Shown here: positions 29,323-42,000 of the stretch, in pieces | Numbering within the stretch: position 1 is the stretch's first letter | Layout of the letters: each line of letters begins with the position of its first letter | Origin: an uncultured candidate division Zixibacteria bacterium | GTDB lineage: Bacteria; Zixibacteria; MSB-5A5; UBA10806 | Direction of reading: 5' to 3' | NCBI GenBank assembly: GCA_963817915.1 | Contig: CAWFQL010000016.1 | Span: 320,001 to 384,000 of the forward strand | Length of the DNA stretch: 64,000 nt | The notes under the pieces: generated by a model | The model's database searches: none | Told to the model about the DNA's origin: nothing | What the model saw: only the letters and a program-made list of their open reading frames with translations | Made by a program: the position numbers and the translations under genes

Positions 29323-32300
29323 TTAACGCAATAAGGTCATTGATTTCGAGGTTCTCGCATAGTCAGTTGAAAGAATATAATAATATACTCCTGAGGCGAC
29401 TCCTATACCGCTGGAATTGTTTCCGTCCCACATAACCTTATGTTCGCCGGCAGTGAGGTTTTCTGAAATTAGAGTTTTTACTAATTGTCCTCCAATATTA
29501 TAGATTTTCAAGTTGGCGAATCCGTCTGCCGGAAGGCTAAATGAAATCTCAGTTGTCGGATTGAATGGATTGGGGTAGTTTTGCGAAAGCGATAACTCTT
29601 GCGGCAGTTCAATCTGACTAACTTCCCTTCTTTCGTAGCCAGGTAATGGATCTAATGATAACGGGTTGGCATAATTAATATCGCCAGCAATTTGAGATGG
29701 GTTGGGAAGATATTCCCCCCACCAATTTCCCTGAGCATTCAGCTGCGTTAGAGGAATACCGGTCAATTGCATATCGTAGTATGGAAGCATATGATTATCC
29801 GAATCTATCGAATTGTTACCCGGTGAAATCGCGGTCCCAAAATCGGGAAGCACTGGATAACCGCCAAGTCTATCAACAAGTACCCCCTGAAGTAAATTCT
29901 CCTTAATCTTAGCGTCTCTTACATAGGGAGCGCTTTTCTTATCACAGAAGATTCCTACATTGCTCCAATTAAAAACATTCGGAGTTCCTGAAATCGAGGC
30001 AATTATTCTTGGAGAAGCGCCCTGAAGATAAAGGCCGTAACTCTGATTATGCTTTACCTTATTTCCCGTTAGCACACAATGTGAATCAACCAATGCAATG
30101 TACATGCCAGCACTAAATCCGGTTATAGAATCGTAATTAATGGTCGGGGCAGGCAGCAAGGTAGCGGATGGAGTGTTTACATAAATACCATTGCCGCTTC
30201 CCGGGAATATTGTTTTGCGAATCACACAACTTGAAATATCTGGTCTCTTGGTAAAGGTACTATTGCTATTTCCTACATACCAGATTCCGTTAGTGCAGTT
30301 GAGAATGGTATCACCGTAAATCACTATGGCCGGGTCGCTCACTTGGATGTCTTTTCTAACCCGTATTCCGTAATCTCCACATCTTTCGAAATAACAATTG
30401 GTAATTTGAGTGGCGGTGCCATGAGATGGGTACGCCAAGTCAATTCCGGCATATTTATGGTACATAAATCTGCAATCTCTGAAATCCATAGACTGCGGCC
30501 TGAGGGTATAATATTCAATGCCGTTAAAGCCGATTTCCCCGTAACTGACTACCGTATGAGTCATTGAGACTATATTTGTTGCGTACTTTGTCTGTATGCC
30601 CAGCCAATCTCCCGCGGCAGGCGAAGCATATTGGGATGTGAAAACCACCGGCTGTTCCGCGGTTCCATTGCTGGTAAAGCCAGTGTTTGGCCCCAAAAGG
30701 AATTTCGCAGGCAAATTCGTCCGCCAGGTTTTATGGAAATAAACATGCGTTCCCGCATTGACTTGCAAATTTAAGGAACTCAATGTTATATCGCCGGAAA
30801 TATAATAATCTCCGTGCACATTTCTATCCCAAACCATGTCATGATCGGCAAACGCGCCCTGTTCAACGATCGTGATCTTTTGATTGGTGGCGACATGTTC
30901 AAAAATGCTGGTATCACCGGCGGGCCAATAAACAAGGACAGAGTCAATGTAGTTAACCTCCCCAACACCGAATTCGATCGGCAGACTACCCTGTGAACGA
31001 TATCCGGTTCCGCCGCCGGAAACTTCGGCCATTTGCTGGGTCCAACTGCCGCCGCTTTGGTATTTCAAGACTACGTGAGATCCAATGCCGCTTTGATTCG
31101 ACGATGTACCGATTAACCTAACGTCGAAATATCTATTCAGGGGCGCTTCTGCAAATATATTTCTATAGAGCTTGTTTAGGTTTTGAGGATCGCCTCCTGT
31201 AGCATTTCCCAAAAATAGATCGGGTTTGCCGTCATTATTGTAATCAGCCCATTCGGTGGAATAGCTCGACGCATAGTCACCAACACCTGCAAATTCGGTT
31301 CTATCCAAAAAGCCGTTGAATCCTTCGCGATGCATATTTCGGTAGAATCGATCTGGAACTGTTGGAGCGCCTGGCGTATTAATTATCATCACATCGAAAT
31401 CCCCGTCAAGATCGAAATCTCCCCAGGCGGCTCCATAGCCACCATAGTCCTCTAATCCTTCGTAGCTAATTACAAAAGAGCCCCCCATATTACGATAAAG
31501 GTAATTTGCTCCGTTTGCTGTAATAAGTAGATCCAGCAGGCCGTCATAATTATAATCACAAAAAGAGGCGCTTCTGCAGTCCACGCCGTATAATTGAACT
31601 CCCCAAGCTGGCGGCTTCTTCGGTAAAAAGCCAAAACGCACCTGTTTCCTTAAGCTGGTTGACGTAAAGCTTATTACCGCCTGTTGAATTGGTCACAATA
31701 ATGTCCAGGTCACCATCATTATCTATATCCCCGGCCGCGACCCCCTGAGCATTATTATAATCTCTTGGAACGCAAGGCTGATCTATAAAACCGTTTCCAG
31801 TATTTTTAAACATTTTGCAGAGTATAGTGCCCCAGCCATTGACCACGTATAAATCAAGCAGGCCGTCGTTGTCAAAATCACCCCAAACGGCGCCTCTGCC
31901 AGGCCCCATATCGCCGACAACATTTCCGTAGACAGATTCGAATGCGTAATTGCCATCAGGACCAAGATTGTGGTACAATACATTAGCCGAGCCGTTTGTA
32001 CCTGCAACTACATAAAGATCAAGGTAACCATCATTGTTATAATCACCCCAACAGCTGGCAAAGGCGCTTTTATCAAGAAATTCCACACCTTTGGCCCCCG
32101 CGACATCCGTAAAAATGCCATTGATATTTTCATATAGGTGACTTCTACCCGGTGTAAAGTGAGTTCCCACAAAAATGTCCTGGTTGCCGTCATTATTAAA
32201 ATCACCCCAGGAACATGTATAGGACACATCATTTACTACGCCTTCGGCTTGATTGGCATTTTCAAACCAGAATGCCTGACTTGATGATACAAAAATAACA

Positions 32301-32338
32301 CCGAAAATCAAAACTAGCAAGTAAGTTAAACGTCTCAT
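29323..32338 (-). CDS. Secreted FG-GAP repeat / ASPIC-UnbV protein with beta-helix region and FlgD/T9SS-like tail; split by a frameshift near 31601 (ORFs 31556-32338 and 29323-31641)
   Basis: WGDFNNDGxxDL repeats in both ORFs; EVSGGGTGYRSQ...FGVG...VYWP; terminal NYPNPFNP...KSMTLLR. Confidence 0.82.
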
Positions 32339-33141
32339 GTCATCCCTTCCTTGAAAAATGGTTTCTTGAGTAACCGTTTTCGAGACTAACTTGATGCCTT
32401 GCTGATTGCGCTACGATGAAACAGACCCCCGAAACTACCTAATTTGAAGGCCATCCTTGGCATCTCAAATTACTACTTAGTGGTCATTTCATTTTTTAAT
32501 GATTGTCCAGGATTTCAGATTGCCTTGCCAAAGAAGTCACTAATCTGGACTTTCGGTTCACCTCCTTTCAGTCCCCCGAAAGTAAGCATAATGTTAGAGT
32601 TAACTGGATATGGATAGCCCAACGTAATGTCATCTTCAAATATTACATTTTCGTTATTAATAATTATCGTATTCATATTATAAATCGCATCGCATTATTC
32701 GCAATAGTCCAAAAATATGAAATTAGAGCAAATTGACAAATCTGCGTCTCCGCAACATTTATGACATCTATAGCTAATACGATCGAAAATTCGAAATTAA
32801 ACATTTAGTACTTCCCCCATGCCCCGTACTTAAATATATTCTTTTTTATATTAGCATAATTATTGAAAATAGGCAAGAGTTAATTTATATGATAATTTAA
32901 TTTTTATCCGATCATACCCTTAATAACATATAATCTGCTTGCTTTAAGATTTAATTTTTCGAAAATTTGCCAATATTAAGTAATTAGTTTTTCAAATTGA
33001 GCGTCTATTTATAATTTCTAAACTTGAAGCAAATTGTCGCTAATATTGTATATCCTCAAAGTTACCAAACATTATTATTTATATATTCATTTATTACTAT
33101 ACTGAAATTGGCAAAAACCCCAAATACTGACAGGCAGCCTC

Positions 33142-33174
33142 AAAATAAAAGGGCCGCCCGATTAAGGCGGCCCC
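33142..33174 (-). terminator. Intrinsic terminator
   Basis: Minus strand GGGCCGCC-TTAATCG-GGCGGCCC followed by TTTTATTTT. Confidence 0.75.
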
Positions 33175-33202
33175 ATTAGTCATTCGACAAATATTTATAA
33201 GG

Positions 33203-34345
33203 TCAATCAGTCTGATTTGTCTTAATGGAAGTAACTGGTTTGATTGTATGCGACTTTGCAGGTCGAGCCGGTTGCTCCGGGGAAGCCAGCGCCCCTCCCG
33301 GCGGGCAGTCAGCGCAAGGAATGACAGCTGCACCGCCCTTGAAGTAATTTACCATGTAGGTTACGTCAAGACCGTTGAAACTGCAGCTGTTGTTGACATC
33401 GCCTGCGACAAACCAAGTATGGCCGGGAGTGCATTCGCAGTTGAATGGAGGCGCTGCCCCGCCCTTGAAGTAATTGACACTATAGGTAACATCGAGACCA
33501 TTGAATGCTCCGTTGCCGTTGGCGTCCCCCGGTATGTAAACGCAACCTCCGCCTTCAACAGTAATAGCAACCAACTCCGAGTCGGCCAGGCTGCCATCCG
33601 ATCCGATAAACCATACATGATAACTGCCCGCTTGATTGTTGCCCGGCGTCCAAGTAAATGTTCCTGTGCCGTTGTGATTATCCGCAAAATTGGCACCTTG
33701 AGGCAGGCTATCAGCGCTTAATATCGGAACGGCCCCATCGGGATCGGATGCCGTATCCGCAAATGCCAGCATCTGATTTGTCAACACGGTCTTCGGCCCA
33801 ATCGGATTTAAGATGGGTGCTCGATTGAGACTATACGAAATGATAAAGTATTGGGATTGATTTGTTCCGCACACCTGGTATTCCGTAACTACCCTCATGT
33901 CCGTAACAATAATCGTATTGAAGGTGTCTAATAGCGAATATTGCCCTACCGAATTAAATTGGCTCGGGCTCCAACTAAGCATAGCGCATCTCGAAGGTGG
34001 CGGCGGAACATTCCCATGCGGATTCAAATCTATTTGCCATTGGTAACTTAATTGACCCTCTTGACGAATATCCTGATAATACGGTCCGATCCAATTCTCG
34101 CGCCACATTTGCAAAAGCACGGTATATTCAGGCGGCGGCGGTGGTGCAGGAATGGTTTGCTCGTTGATGTCAATACCGATCACGGCGTCGGATAAATGCA
34201 CTGCGCCACCAATTACCTGGCCCTCGGCATGAAGTGTGGCCTGCCAATTGTTGCTTTGAGAATAGCTCTTTGCGACCGTCCCTAATACGCAGGCGACAAC
34301 GACGGACAACAACATTAACAATTTTCTCGCTTTTATCATTTTCAT
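33203..34345 (-). CDS. Secreted protein: unknown Pro-rich domain, Ig/He_PIG-like domain and dockerin-like domain
   Basis: Signal peptide; NRAPIL...LPQGANFADNHNGTGTFTWTP; paired GDANGNGAFNGLDVTY / GDVNNSCSFNGLDVTY. Confidence 0.8.
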   Translation of the reverse strand: MKMIKARKLLMLLSVVVACVLGTVAKSYSQSNNWQATLHAEGQVIGGAVHLSDAVIGIDINEQTIPAPPPPPEYTVLLQMWRENWIGPYYQDIRQEGQLSYQWQIDLNPHGNVPPPPSRCAMLSWSPSQFNSVGQYSLLDTFNTIIVTDMRVVTEYQVCGTNQSQYFIISYSLNRAPILNPIGPKTVLTNQMLAFADTASDPDGAVPILSADSLPQGANFADNHNGTGTFTWTPGNNQAGSYHVWFIGSDGSLADSELVAITVEGGGCVYIPGDANGNGAFNGLDVTYSVNYFKGGAAPPFNCECTPGHTWFVAGDVNNSCSFNGLDVTYMVNYFKGGAAVIPCADCPPGGALASPEQPARPAKSHTIKPVTSIKTNQTD

Positions 34346-34407
34346 TCTCCCAAATTCGAAGAATTTGAGACCCGTTTTGGTTAATCTTTTTACCTACTCA
34401 ATATGAG

Positions 34408-37400
34408 CTATCTTATCAAGGTCATTTTCATGGTTTTGGAGAATCGGCTGGCAGCCAGGCGATAGAAATAAATTCCCGAGGGCACTCCATTTCCGAATGC
34501 GTCAGTGCCATCCCAGATTAATTTATGGTATCCGGCAGGCTCAACTCCATTGACAAGGGTTCTCACTTCCCTGCCTAACATGTCGTACACGACCAATCGC
34601 ACCTGTGACGGTTGCGGTAAATCAAATTGAATCATTGTCGTTGGGTTGAAGGGGTTCGGATAGCTTTGATGCAGGCAATATTCAAGAGGCAATGTTGGTC
34701 GACCATCTTCCACGCCGGTGACATCAAATCGATGTACCAGACTAAAATAATAATCTTGATTAGTGCCCGTAATCTGATACTGCGTGACTGCTTTCATGTC
34801 GGCTACAACATCTGGGCCAGTATTATCGCTGCCTTGTCTTAGTATATATTCTCCTTCGCCAAATTGCGCGGGATCCCAACTGAGAACAGATGTCCTTTCA
34901 TTCGGAGGATTGATATTGCCATGGGGATTGATGGCTATTACCCAATAATAGCTTGCCGAACCTGATTCTCGAATATCTTCATAGAATGGTCCCGCCCAAT
35001 CGGGTTGATAAAGCTCCATTTTGGCAGAATACTCCGGCGAAGCAGGAGGAGCCAATATGGTTGAGGCTCGAGAATCAACACCAATAATGACATCACAATC
35101 TCTTATACCACCAAGATCTTCACCCTGAGCGTGTAGTATTATCCCTGATGTTATATTCGATGATTGTTCCGCAGGATGACCCGATGTTAAAGGCAAATTT
35201 CCACATTCTAGATCGAACGCGCAGTCATTGCTTACCTTTATCCAATATCCTCTGCCGGAGCAAAGTAAACTATCAAGTTGATATCCACCGCTAAAGCCCC
35301 ATGTTGTGACCGTACCGCAAGACGCGGGCGGTTGTATGCAGCAATTTGGTCCCCCCTCAAGGCTCCATTGGGGTGTTAATGGCTTAGAGCAACCTCCCAC
35401 TTCCTGCCCGCAAATCATAACCGTATCAGCGCCAGGAACTCTAATCCAATATCCCCTGCAAGGCTCGAGCGAGTTTACCGGCAAATATCTATCTGTGTAT
35501 TCAAATGCCGCCGTTGCGGAAGGGAATAAGTACGACAAGGTTGTGGTGTCCGGGGTTACGGGCAATGATATTAAATTCCAGCCAGACGCAAGATTTATAT
35601 CGATGCAAGTTTCAGGACTGCATCTTATTTTAAAAATTCGTGACCCTGCGCCGCATACTTGATATTGACTTATAGTTCGCATATCTGGCACAGCAATCCG
35701 GCCATTATCATCAATCAAAATATATTTAAGATTCATATCCTGGCTCAGACTATCGGGATTCCAGCTGATAGTTGCGCATCTTGATGACGGCGGCGGAACG
35801 TTTCCATGCGGATCGATATCAAATTGCCACTCATAAGTGCTATCATTTCTGGTCTGCCTGATGTCCTGATAATAAGGCCCGCTCCAATCGGGTCGCCAAA
35901 GCTGCGATAACACAGTGTATTCGGGTGGAGGCGGAGGCGCAGGTATCGTGCTTTCATTTGGACATACCCCTATAACTACATTTGAGCTATGTATCGCGTC
36001 ACCAATTACCTCACCCTCAGAATGTATAGCTGCTCGCCAACAAGATCCCGGAGGGGCATCGTATAACTTAGCAACAAAAGAAGCATACCCTGGCTGAACC
36101 GATTGATAAGGATTAAGTGTGGGAAAATCGGTGGATTCCGTGTATCCTGTAATATAAGTATTACCATTTCCATCTATGGCGATATCAACTCCCACATCAA
36201 CACCATCTCCTCCAAGGTAAGTGCTGGAAATGAGAGAACTTCCATCTGCTGAAAGCTCTGTTACAATTGCATCGCACATTCCATGAAATATCTGATAGGA
36301 ATCAAGGGTTGGAAAATTTCCCGACCAGGAGTAACCGATAATGTGAGCGTGTTCGTCGGCATCGACGACCAGGCGGACGCCTGTATCGGTAGTATCCCCA
36401 CCCAAATATGTGCTGTAGACAAGTGAGTTTCCAGCGGGTGAAAATTTGGCAACAAAGCCATCACATTCTCCCTGGTATGTTTGAAATGGATTTAAGGTTG
36501 GGAAATTGGCGGATAGAGTATATCCTGTTATATATGCGCTACCGCTTAAATCAACGGCAATACCGCCACCAACATCATCCGCATTTCCACCTAAATAAGT
36601 GCTATAGATGAGGGTGCTTCCATTGGGTGAAAGCTTGGAAACAAAAGCATTTAAATTCGGCTGGACTGTCTGATAAGGGTTTATGGTAGGAAAATCGGGA
36701 GAATCGGTCTCTCCAGTTACATAGGCGTTACCATTTTGATCGATTGCAATACCAAAGCCATAGTCCAGGCCGCTTCCGCCAAGATAAGTGCTGTATTCTA
36801 GGAAACTCCCATCTGGTGAAAACTTAGTCACGAAGGCATCATAAATTCCGCCATTAAAACTGCCCTCTATTGGATTGACTGTGGGGAAATTGGATGACAG
36901 GGTCTGGCCAACGATATAGGCGCTTCCGCTCCCATCAACTGCAATGTCATGGCCATAGTCACGATTGGCGCCGCCCAGGTAAGTGCTATAAATAAGAGAG
37001 TTACCTGCGGCCGAAAGTTTTGTCACGAAACCGTCATAGGCGCCCTGTTGAGTCTGATAGGGGTTTACGGTTGGATAGTCGGAAGACTCGGTCAAGCCTG
37101 TAACGTAAGCATAACCACTTACGTCCACAGACATTTCCATACAGTAGTCGCTACCGCTGCCGCCGATATATGTACTGTAAATAAGCGAATTACCATCGGG
37201 CGAAAGTTTCGTTACAAAAACATCATCGGCCCCTTGATCCATTTGATATGGATTGAGAGTCGGGAAATATGAAGACCAGGTTACTCCTGCAATTATGACA
37301 CTCCCATCACCCAATACACCAATACCACCGGCAATATCGCATATCTCACCGCCAAGATAAGTACTATATACTAATTCAGGGTCGATAATCAGTGCATAAT

Positions 37401-38205
37401 TGGGATTGTAACCGCCTTCGACAACAAAGCCAAAGTTCTTTCCTTCAATAAGGCCGTATCGTCCGGAAATAGCGTATGTCGTACCATCGATCTCCTGATA
37501 AATATACGGCGCTTTCTCGTAGATTGGCCCAAATGAAGTTTGTGCTTCCAGGTCGCCATTATTGGAAATACCCAGGTTTTCCACTCCGTCATAATAGATT
37601 TGTATTTGGGAAGGATCTGAGCCCGGATTGACGATGAAATCATACTTCATCGAATTACCGTTGCCGTGATATTTTAAATCTATCCCGGGATAAATATCTT
37701 TGTATTCTATAGAAGCATAATTGGCCACATCGGTGTGCCATTTCGATGGATTGTTTCCAAAAAAATAATTGCTGTTGTTCGGCAATCGCTCAACGCCTGT
37801 TGCTGTGGCATTAGGATTTGCTCCGACAAATTGTGCTTTTATGAGCATTGATTCCTTTTTAAAGCGCTGATTGCGAAACCTAAGAGGCACACTCGAAAAT
37901 TCTTCGCTGATTTTGTCAGGTTCATTTGTGTTTCTTACAAATAAATATGCTACTTCATCCTTGCAAAAAAAGAATGTAGCTCCACCTGTTTGAGCTTTAA
38001 ATAACGTCTTCTCGCCGAATTGGCCAACATTCTCGGCAAATGATAATGGCATTGAAGAAGCTCTTGCCGGCATCATTTGCTTAGAAGGTTGATTTGATGA
38101 CAAAGACGGCTGGCCAAACGAAATTACGGCCCACGACAATAGGAGCGTCAAAAACATTCCACACCATTTCAATTTTACCTCCTGGTAAAAAGGCCTGGGA
38201 AACAA
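34408..38205 (-). CDS. Large secreted SBBP (beta-propeller) repeat protein with FlgD/T9SS-like tail
   Basis: Repeats of L(I/V)YSTYLGG...IAVDxxGxAYVTGxTxSxxFPTxN; terminal SYPNPFNP...KMTLIR. Confidence 0.87.
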   Translation of the reverse strand: MFPRPFYQEVKLKWCGMFLTLLLSWAVISFGQPSLSSNQPSKQMMPARASSMPLSFAENVGQFGEKTLFKAQTGGATFFFCKDEVAYLFVRNTNEPDKISEEFSSVPLRFRNQRFKKESMLIKAQFVGANPNATATGVERLPNNSNYFFGNNPSKWHTDVANYASIEYKDIYPGIDLKYHGNGNSMKYDFIVNPGSDPSQIQIYYDGVENLGISNNGDLEAQTSFGPIYEKAPYIYQEIDGTTYAISGRYGLIEGKNFGFVVEGGYNPNYALIIDPELVYSTYLGGEICDIAGGIGVLGDGSVIIAGVTWSSYFPTLNPYQMDQGADDVFVTKLSPDGNSLIYSTYIGGSGSDYCMEMSVDVSGYAYVTGLTESSDYPTVNPYQTQQGAYDGFVTKLSAAGNSLIYSTYLGGANRDYGHDIAVDGSGSAYIVGQTLSSNFPTVNPIEGSFNGGIYDAFVTKFSPDGSFLEYSTYLGGSGLDYGFGIAIDQNGNAYVTGETDSPDFPTINPYQTVQPNLNAFVSKLSPNGSTLIYSTYLGGNADDVGGGIAVDLSGSAYITGYTLSANFPTLNPFQTYQGECDGFVAKFSPAGNSLVYSTYLGGDTTDTGVRLVVDADEHAHIIGYSWSGNFPTLDSYQIFHGMCDAIVTELSADGSSLISSTYLGGDGVDVGVDIAIDGNGNTYITGYTESTDFPTLNPYQSVQPGYASFVAKLYDAPPGSCWRAAIHSEGEVIGDAIHSSNVVIGVCPNESTIPAPPPPPEYTVLSQLWRPDWSGPYYQDIRQTRNDSTYEWQFDIDPHGNVPPPSSRCATISWNPDSLSQDMNLKYILIDDNGRIAVPDMRTISQYQVCGAGSRIFKIRCSPETCIDINLASGWNLISLPVTPDTTTLSYLFPSATAAFEYTDRYLPVNSLEPCRGYWIRVPGADTVMICGQEVGGCSKPLTPQWSLEGGPNCCIQPPASCGTVTTWGFSGGYQLDSLLCSGRGYWIKVSNDCAFDLECGNLPLTSGHPAEQSSNITSGIILHAQGEDLGGIRDCDVIIGVDSRASTILAPPASPEYSAKMELYQPDWAGPFYEDIRESGSASYYWVIAINPHGNINPPNERTSVLSWDPAQFGEGEYILRQGSDNTGPDVVADMKAVTQYQITGTNQDYYFSLVHRFDVTGVEDGRPTLPLEYCLHQSYPNPFNPTTMIQFDLPQPSQVRLVVYDMLGREVRTLVNGVEPAGYHKLIWDGTDAFGNGVPSGIYFYRLAASRFSKTMKMTLIR

Positions 38206-38550
38206 TTTATTATTTAATTTTCAATTTACATTAGGTACATAGAAGCAATACAAAAACTTCGAAGAAAATATATAAATGCCTAAAAGGAGTGTCAATGTTT
38301 ATTTATAATGATTACGATTATTATTATCCAACACCAAAGGCTAATTTGCAATCTCAGGCTTGTGAGTCACAATGCTGCTTTTTTGATTTTGCCCGATTTG
38401 TCCAAGTTGCGGCTTTTTTTAATTTGGACATCCTTATCCTGCAAAACGATTATAGAGCCAAAGTGTTGTAATGATGCTGTAAAGGTGATCGCGCAGATAG
38501 ATGCGTTTAATACGGGTGCCCGTAACTCCATGAATATCTTATTGTTATTT

Positions 38551-38595
38551 TGGCGGCGCAGGGATTCGAATCCCGGACACGAGGATTGAGATTCC
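38551..38595 (-). repeat. att-like copy of the 3' half of tRNA-Met(51668)
   Basis: 41/45 identical to 51668-51712, extending through the anticodon loop. Confidence 0.85.
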
Positions 38596-39080
38596 ATTTC
38601 GAGGCTACCGACTAACTCGACGAGGATGAATGAGATGGCTGAACCTGCCTGTCGTAACATCTACGATGACCTGCACCATTGAGAATCCAGAGAGTATCAG
38701 CGAGCGCCCGAGAGCGGCCGGCAATTACATCTATAAGTTGTTTTAAAACGACAAGACTAATATTGCCATAATCCAGGTTACAAATAATCCTTTATTAATT
38801 AAGAGAATCCCTCGCATAATTGTCAGATAATTTAATGCTAAATCACTTTAAATAAATTTTTCGAACTTTTTGGTTTTTAATAAGTAGAAATTTATTGCTG
38901 GCGACGAAGAATAATTTCAATTTTTAAAGACACAATCAAGTTTTCAAGTTGAACAATATTTCAGCTTGAGAGAACTATGCATATTGTGATATAAAGCCAA
39001 ATTATGCCCGTATCAAACAATGCGCAGGTCCTGAATTATTACGGGCGGAAAATCGCATTTAATATTAACGGAGGGTTGAA

Positions 39081-42000
39081 ATGAATAGATTTCTAAAGAG
39101 CTTTTTTTATCCCAAAGGACTAATTGGCGGGATGATTGTCTTATGCTTATTGACTGCTGCCGGAATGGTTGCTGTCTTAATGGCACAACAGCCTCAAGAT
39201 AAACCGGATTACGATGTAAGGGTAACCAGTTTTTGGCCGAGCGAGTACCTTCCCGTAAGACAAGCGACGAGTATTATTGTCAAATTCTCGAGGGATATGA
39301 TGCCGGATGACAGCCTGAATCTGCTAACGGCCGATATTCCTCTTGAATTAAATCCTCCGATTTCCGGCTTAGCGAGATGGATCGATAATGATAAATTGGA
39401 ATTTATGCCTGATTCTATGTTCGCGCCATCTACCGAATATAAGATTAACATCAAAAGTGATCGAACATATCTATACGGTAATCGTATTAATGAACCTCAA
39501 ATTTTTACATTCAGAACTCCAACATTGATTGTCCAAAGCGTCAATACCGAAATTGTTAATGTCCCCGAACCCAAATTCTATGATCAACTTATCATTCATC
39601 TTATTTTTAATTATAAGGTAGATCCTCAGACGCTGGTCGAACACCTCTATTCGAATCTGAAGGGCCCCAATGGCCCAATCGATTTTGAAATTAAAGATAC
39701 TTCTCCAGCTGCGGAACTGACTCTGGTATCGACTCCCTTTAAACCGCAGGAAGTCAATGGCGAATTCGATTTTACGGTGACTAAAGACCTGCAATGTGTC
39801 GGAGGGCAGATACCGTTACAGGCAGACTTTAAGCAGAAAATTCGAATTCCCAAGCCGGTGCCACTCGTCATTAATCAAGTAACTGCCGAGGCTGCGGGGC
39901 AATATGGCCGAATTGTCATATATCTTTCTCAATCAACATCCTTGAGCGAGGCCGGGGATTTTATCTCAATCAGCCCGGAAACAGATTTTACGATAAATCA
40001 AAATTGGGATCGAATCGAACTCAATGGCAATTTCAAACCTCGCGAAGCTTATACCGTGAATATCAGGGCAGGCCTAAGGGCGTTAAACGGTCAATCTCTC
40101 GACCGAGACTTCTCTTCAAAAGTCGAGACGGGAGATTTATATCCATTGATCAGATTTATAGACGACGGCCAATATATGTCCAAGAAAAGCCGCCAGATAT
40201 TGGCTATCGAGACAACTAATATTGATGAATTAAGCATCGAGGTAGAGCAGATTTTCGTTAATAATATTGTCTATTACCTCGGTGATTATGGACGGGATAT
40301 CAGCCGTGTCGGTCGAAGAATATTCTTCAAGGAATTCAAGCTGCCGGAATCCAAGAATATTCCGCTCGTTTCGACATTCGATATCGGAGATATTGTTGGA
40401 GATTCATTAAGGGGAATTTACAAAGTATCGGTACGCGAAAAGACTCAGCGATGGACATACGCCGAAAAACAAGTCATGATCAGCGATCTTGGCATAATGT
40501 CCCGGCTATCTGATAATTATCTCATGGTCTGGGTCAATTCATTATCGAGCATCACGCCAGTATCAAAAGCCGACGTAGCTTTGATAAGCCGCAACAATCA
40601 GGTACTCTTGAGCGGCAAGACCGATTCGCGGGGCATAGTCGTTTTCGAAAACATTGCCGAAAAAATGGCTGGCTTCGAGCCATACCTGATCACGGTCGGC
40701 AAAGATAACGATCTTTCCTACCTGAATTTCAATGAATGTATGATTTACACCTCGGATTTCGATGTTGATGGCCGTCAATACCTGACTAAAGGATATGAAG
40801 CGTTTTTATATTCGGATAGAGGAGTATACCGTCCGGGCGAAACAGTCCATTTGGTGAGCGTACTACGAGGTGTCAACAATACCGTTCCTCAGGAATTCCC
40901 ATATATTGTTAGCATCAAGGATCCTCAAGGACGAAGCTTCAATGATTACAAATTGACAACAAAAGATCAGGCGATATCCGGGCTGGATATCGATCTGCCA
41001 TCATTCGCCAAGACAGGTGGATATCGGGTTGAAGCCAAAATTGGCGAAGATGTGATCGGCACTTATAATTTTCAGGTCGAAGAATTTATGCCCGACAGAA
41101 TCAAGGCGACTCTGACAACAGATAAGGACTCCTATATTTCGGGAGACGAAGTCAGGATATCGGTTAATGGTGTTTTTCTTTTCGGGCCGCCCTGCGCGGG
41201 TAATAATGTTAATGGCCATATCACTATCGAATCCGATTATTTCAGCCCGAGACAGTGGTCAGGGTATTCATTTTCGAATTCCGATATTGATTTTGCGGCA
41301 ATTCAAGTAGATCTGCCGTCCGATTCGCTTGATGATGCCGGAAATCATATTTATAACTATCGAATCTCATCCAATCTCAAACCGCCATCGTCATTAAAGA
41401 TGATGATATCAGGTACGGTTCAGGAAGAGGGGGGCCGGGCGGTGAGCGCTTATAAGAGCGTCAAGGTTAATCCCTATATGAAATATCTTGGAATCAAGAC
41501 TGGCAATGAGGGATATGCGAAAATCGGCGAAACGTCATCATTTAATATAGTGGCAGTCGACAGCGACGGAAATTTGACTGCTATCGATTCCGCCTGGGTA
41601 AAATTCTATCATATTATTTACCAGAATATTGTCAGACGGGACCAGCATGGAATATTCCGATATGTCTCGGAACCAAAAGATCAGATAGTTGATTCTACTT
41701 TTGTTTCAATATCGAATTCCCCTGCAATTGCGACATTCACTCCCCAACAATACGGCGAATACAAAGCTAAAGTTGTCAGCAATAGAACTTCTCATACTGC
41801 CGTGCTCAATTTCTACGCCGCCGGATGGGGATACTCGTCATGGTCAATGGCTAATCCTGACAAAATTGAACTGCAGTTGGACAAAAAAACATACAAGGTC
41901 GGCGATAAAGCCAAACTCCTCGTCAAGGCGCCCTTCGAAGGAAAATTGCTTTTAACCATAGAAAAAGAAAAGATATTGGAATTTAAAACCATCGATATGG

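Noticed and set aside
32340..32500. Riboswitch in the leader of the FG-GAP gene
   Set aside because: A hairpin (AATTTGA...TCAAATT) is visible, but I cannot match it to a known aptamer consensus.
38289..39000. Integrase or its remnant beside the 38551 tRNA fragment
   Set aside because: The short ORFs here show no tyrosine or serine recombinase motifs that I can recognise.
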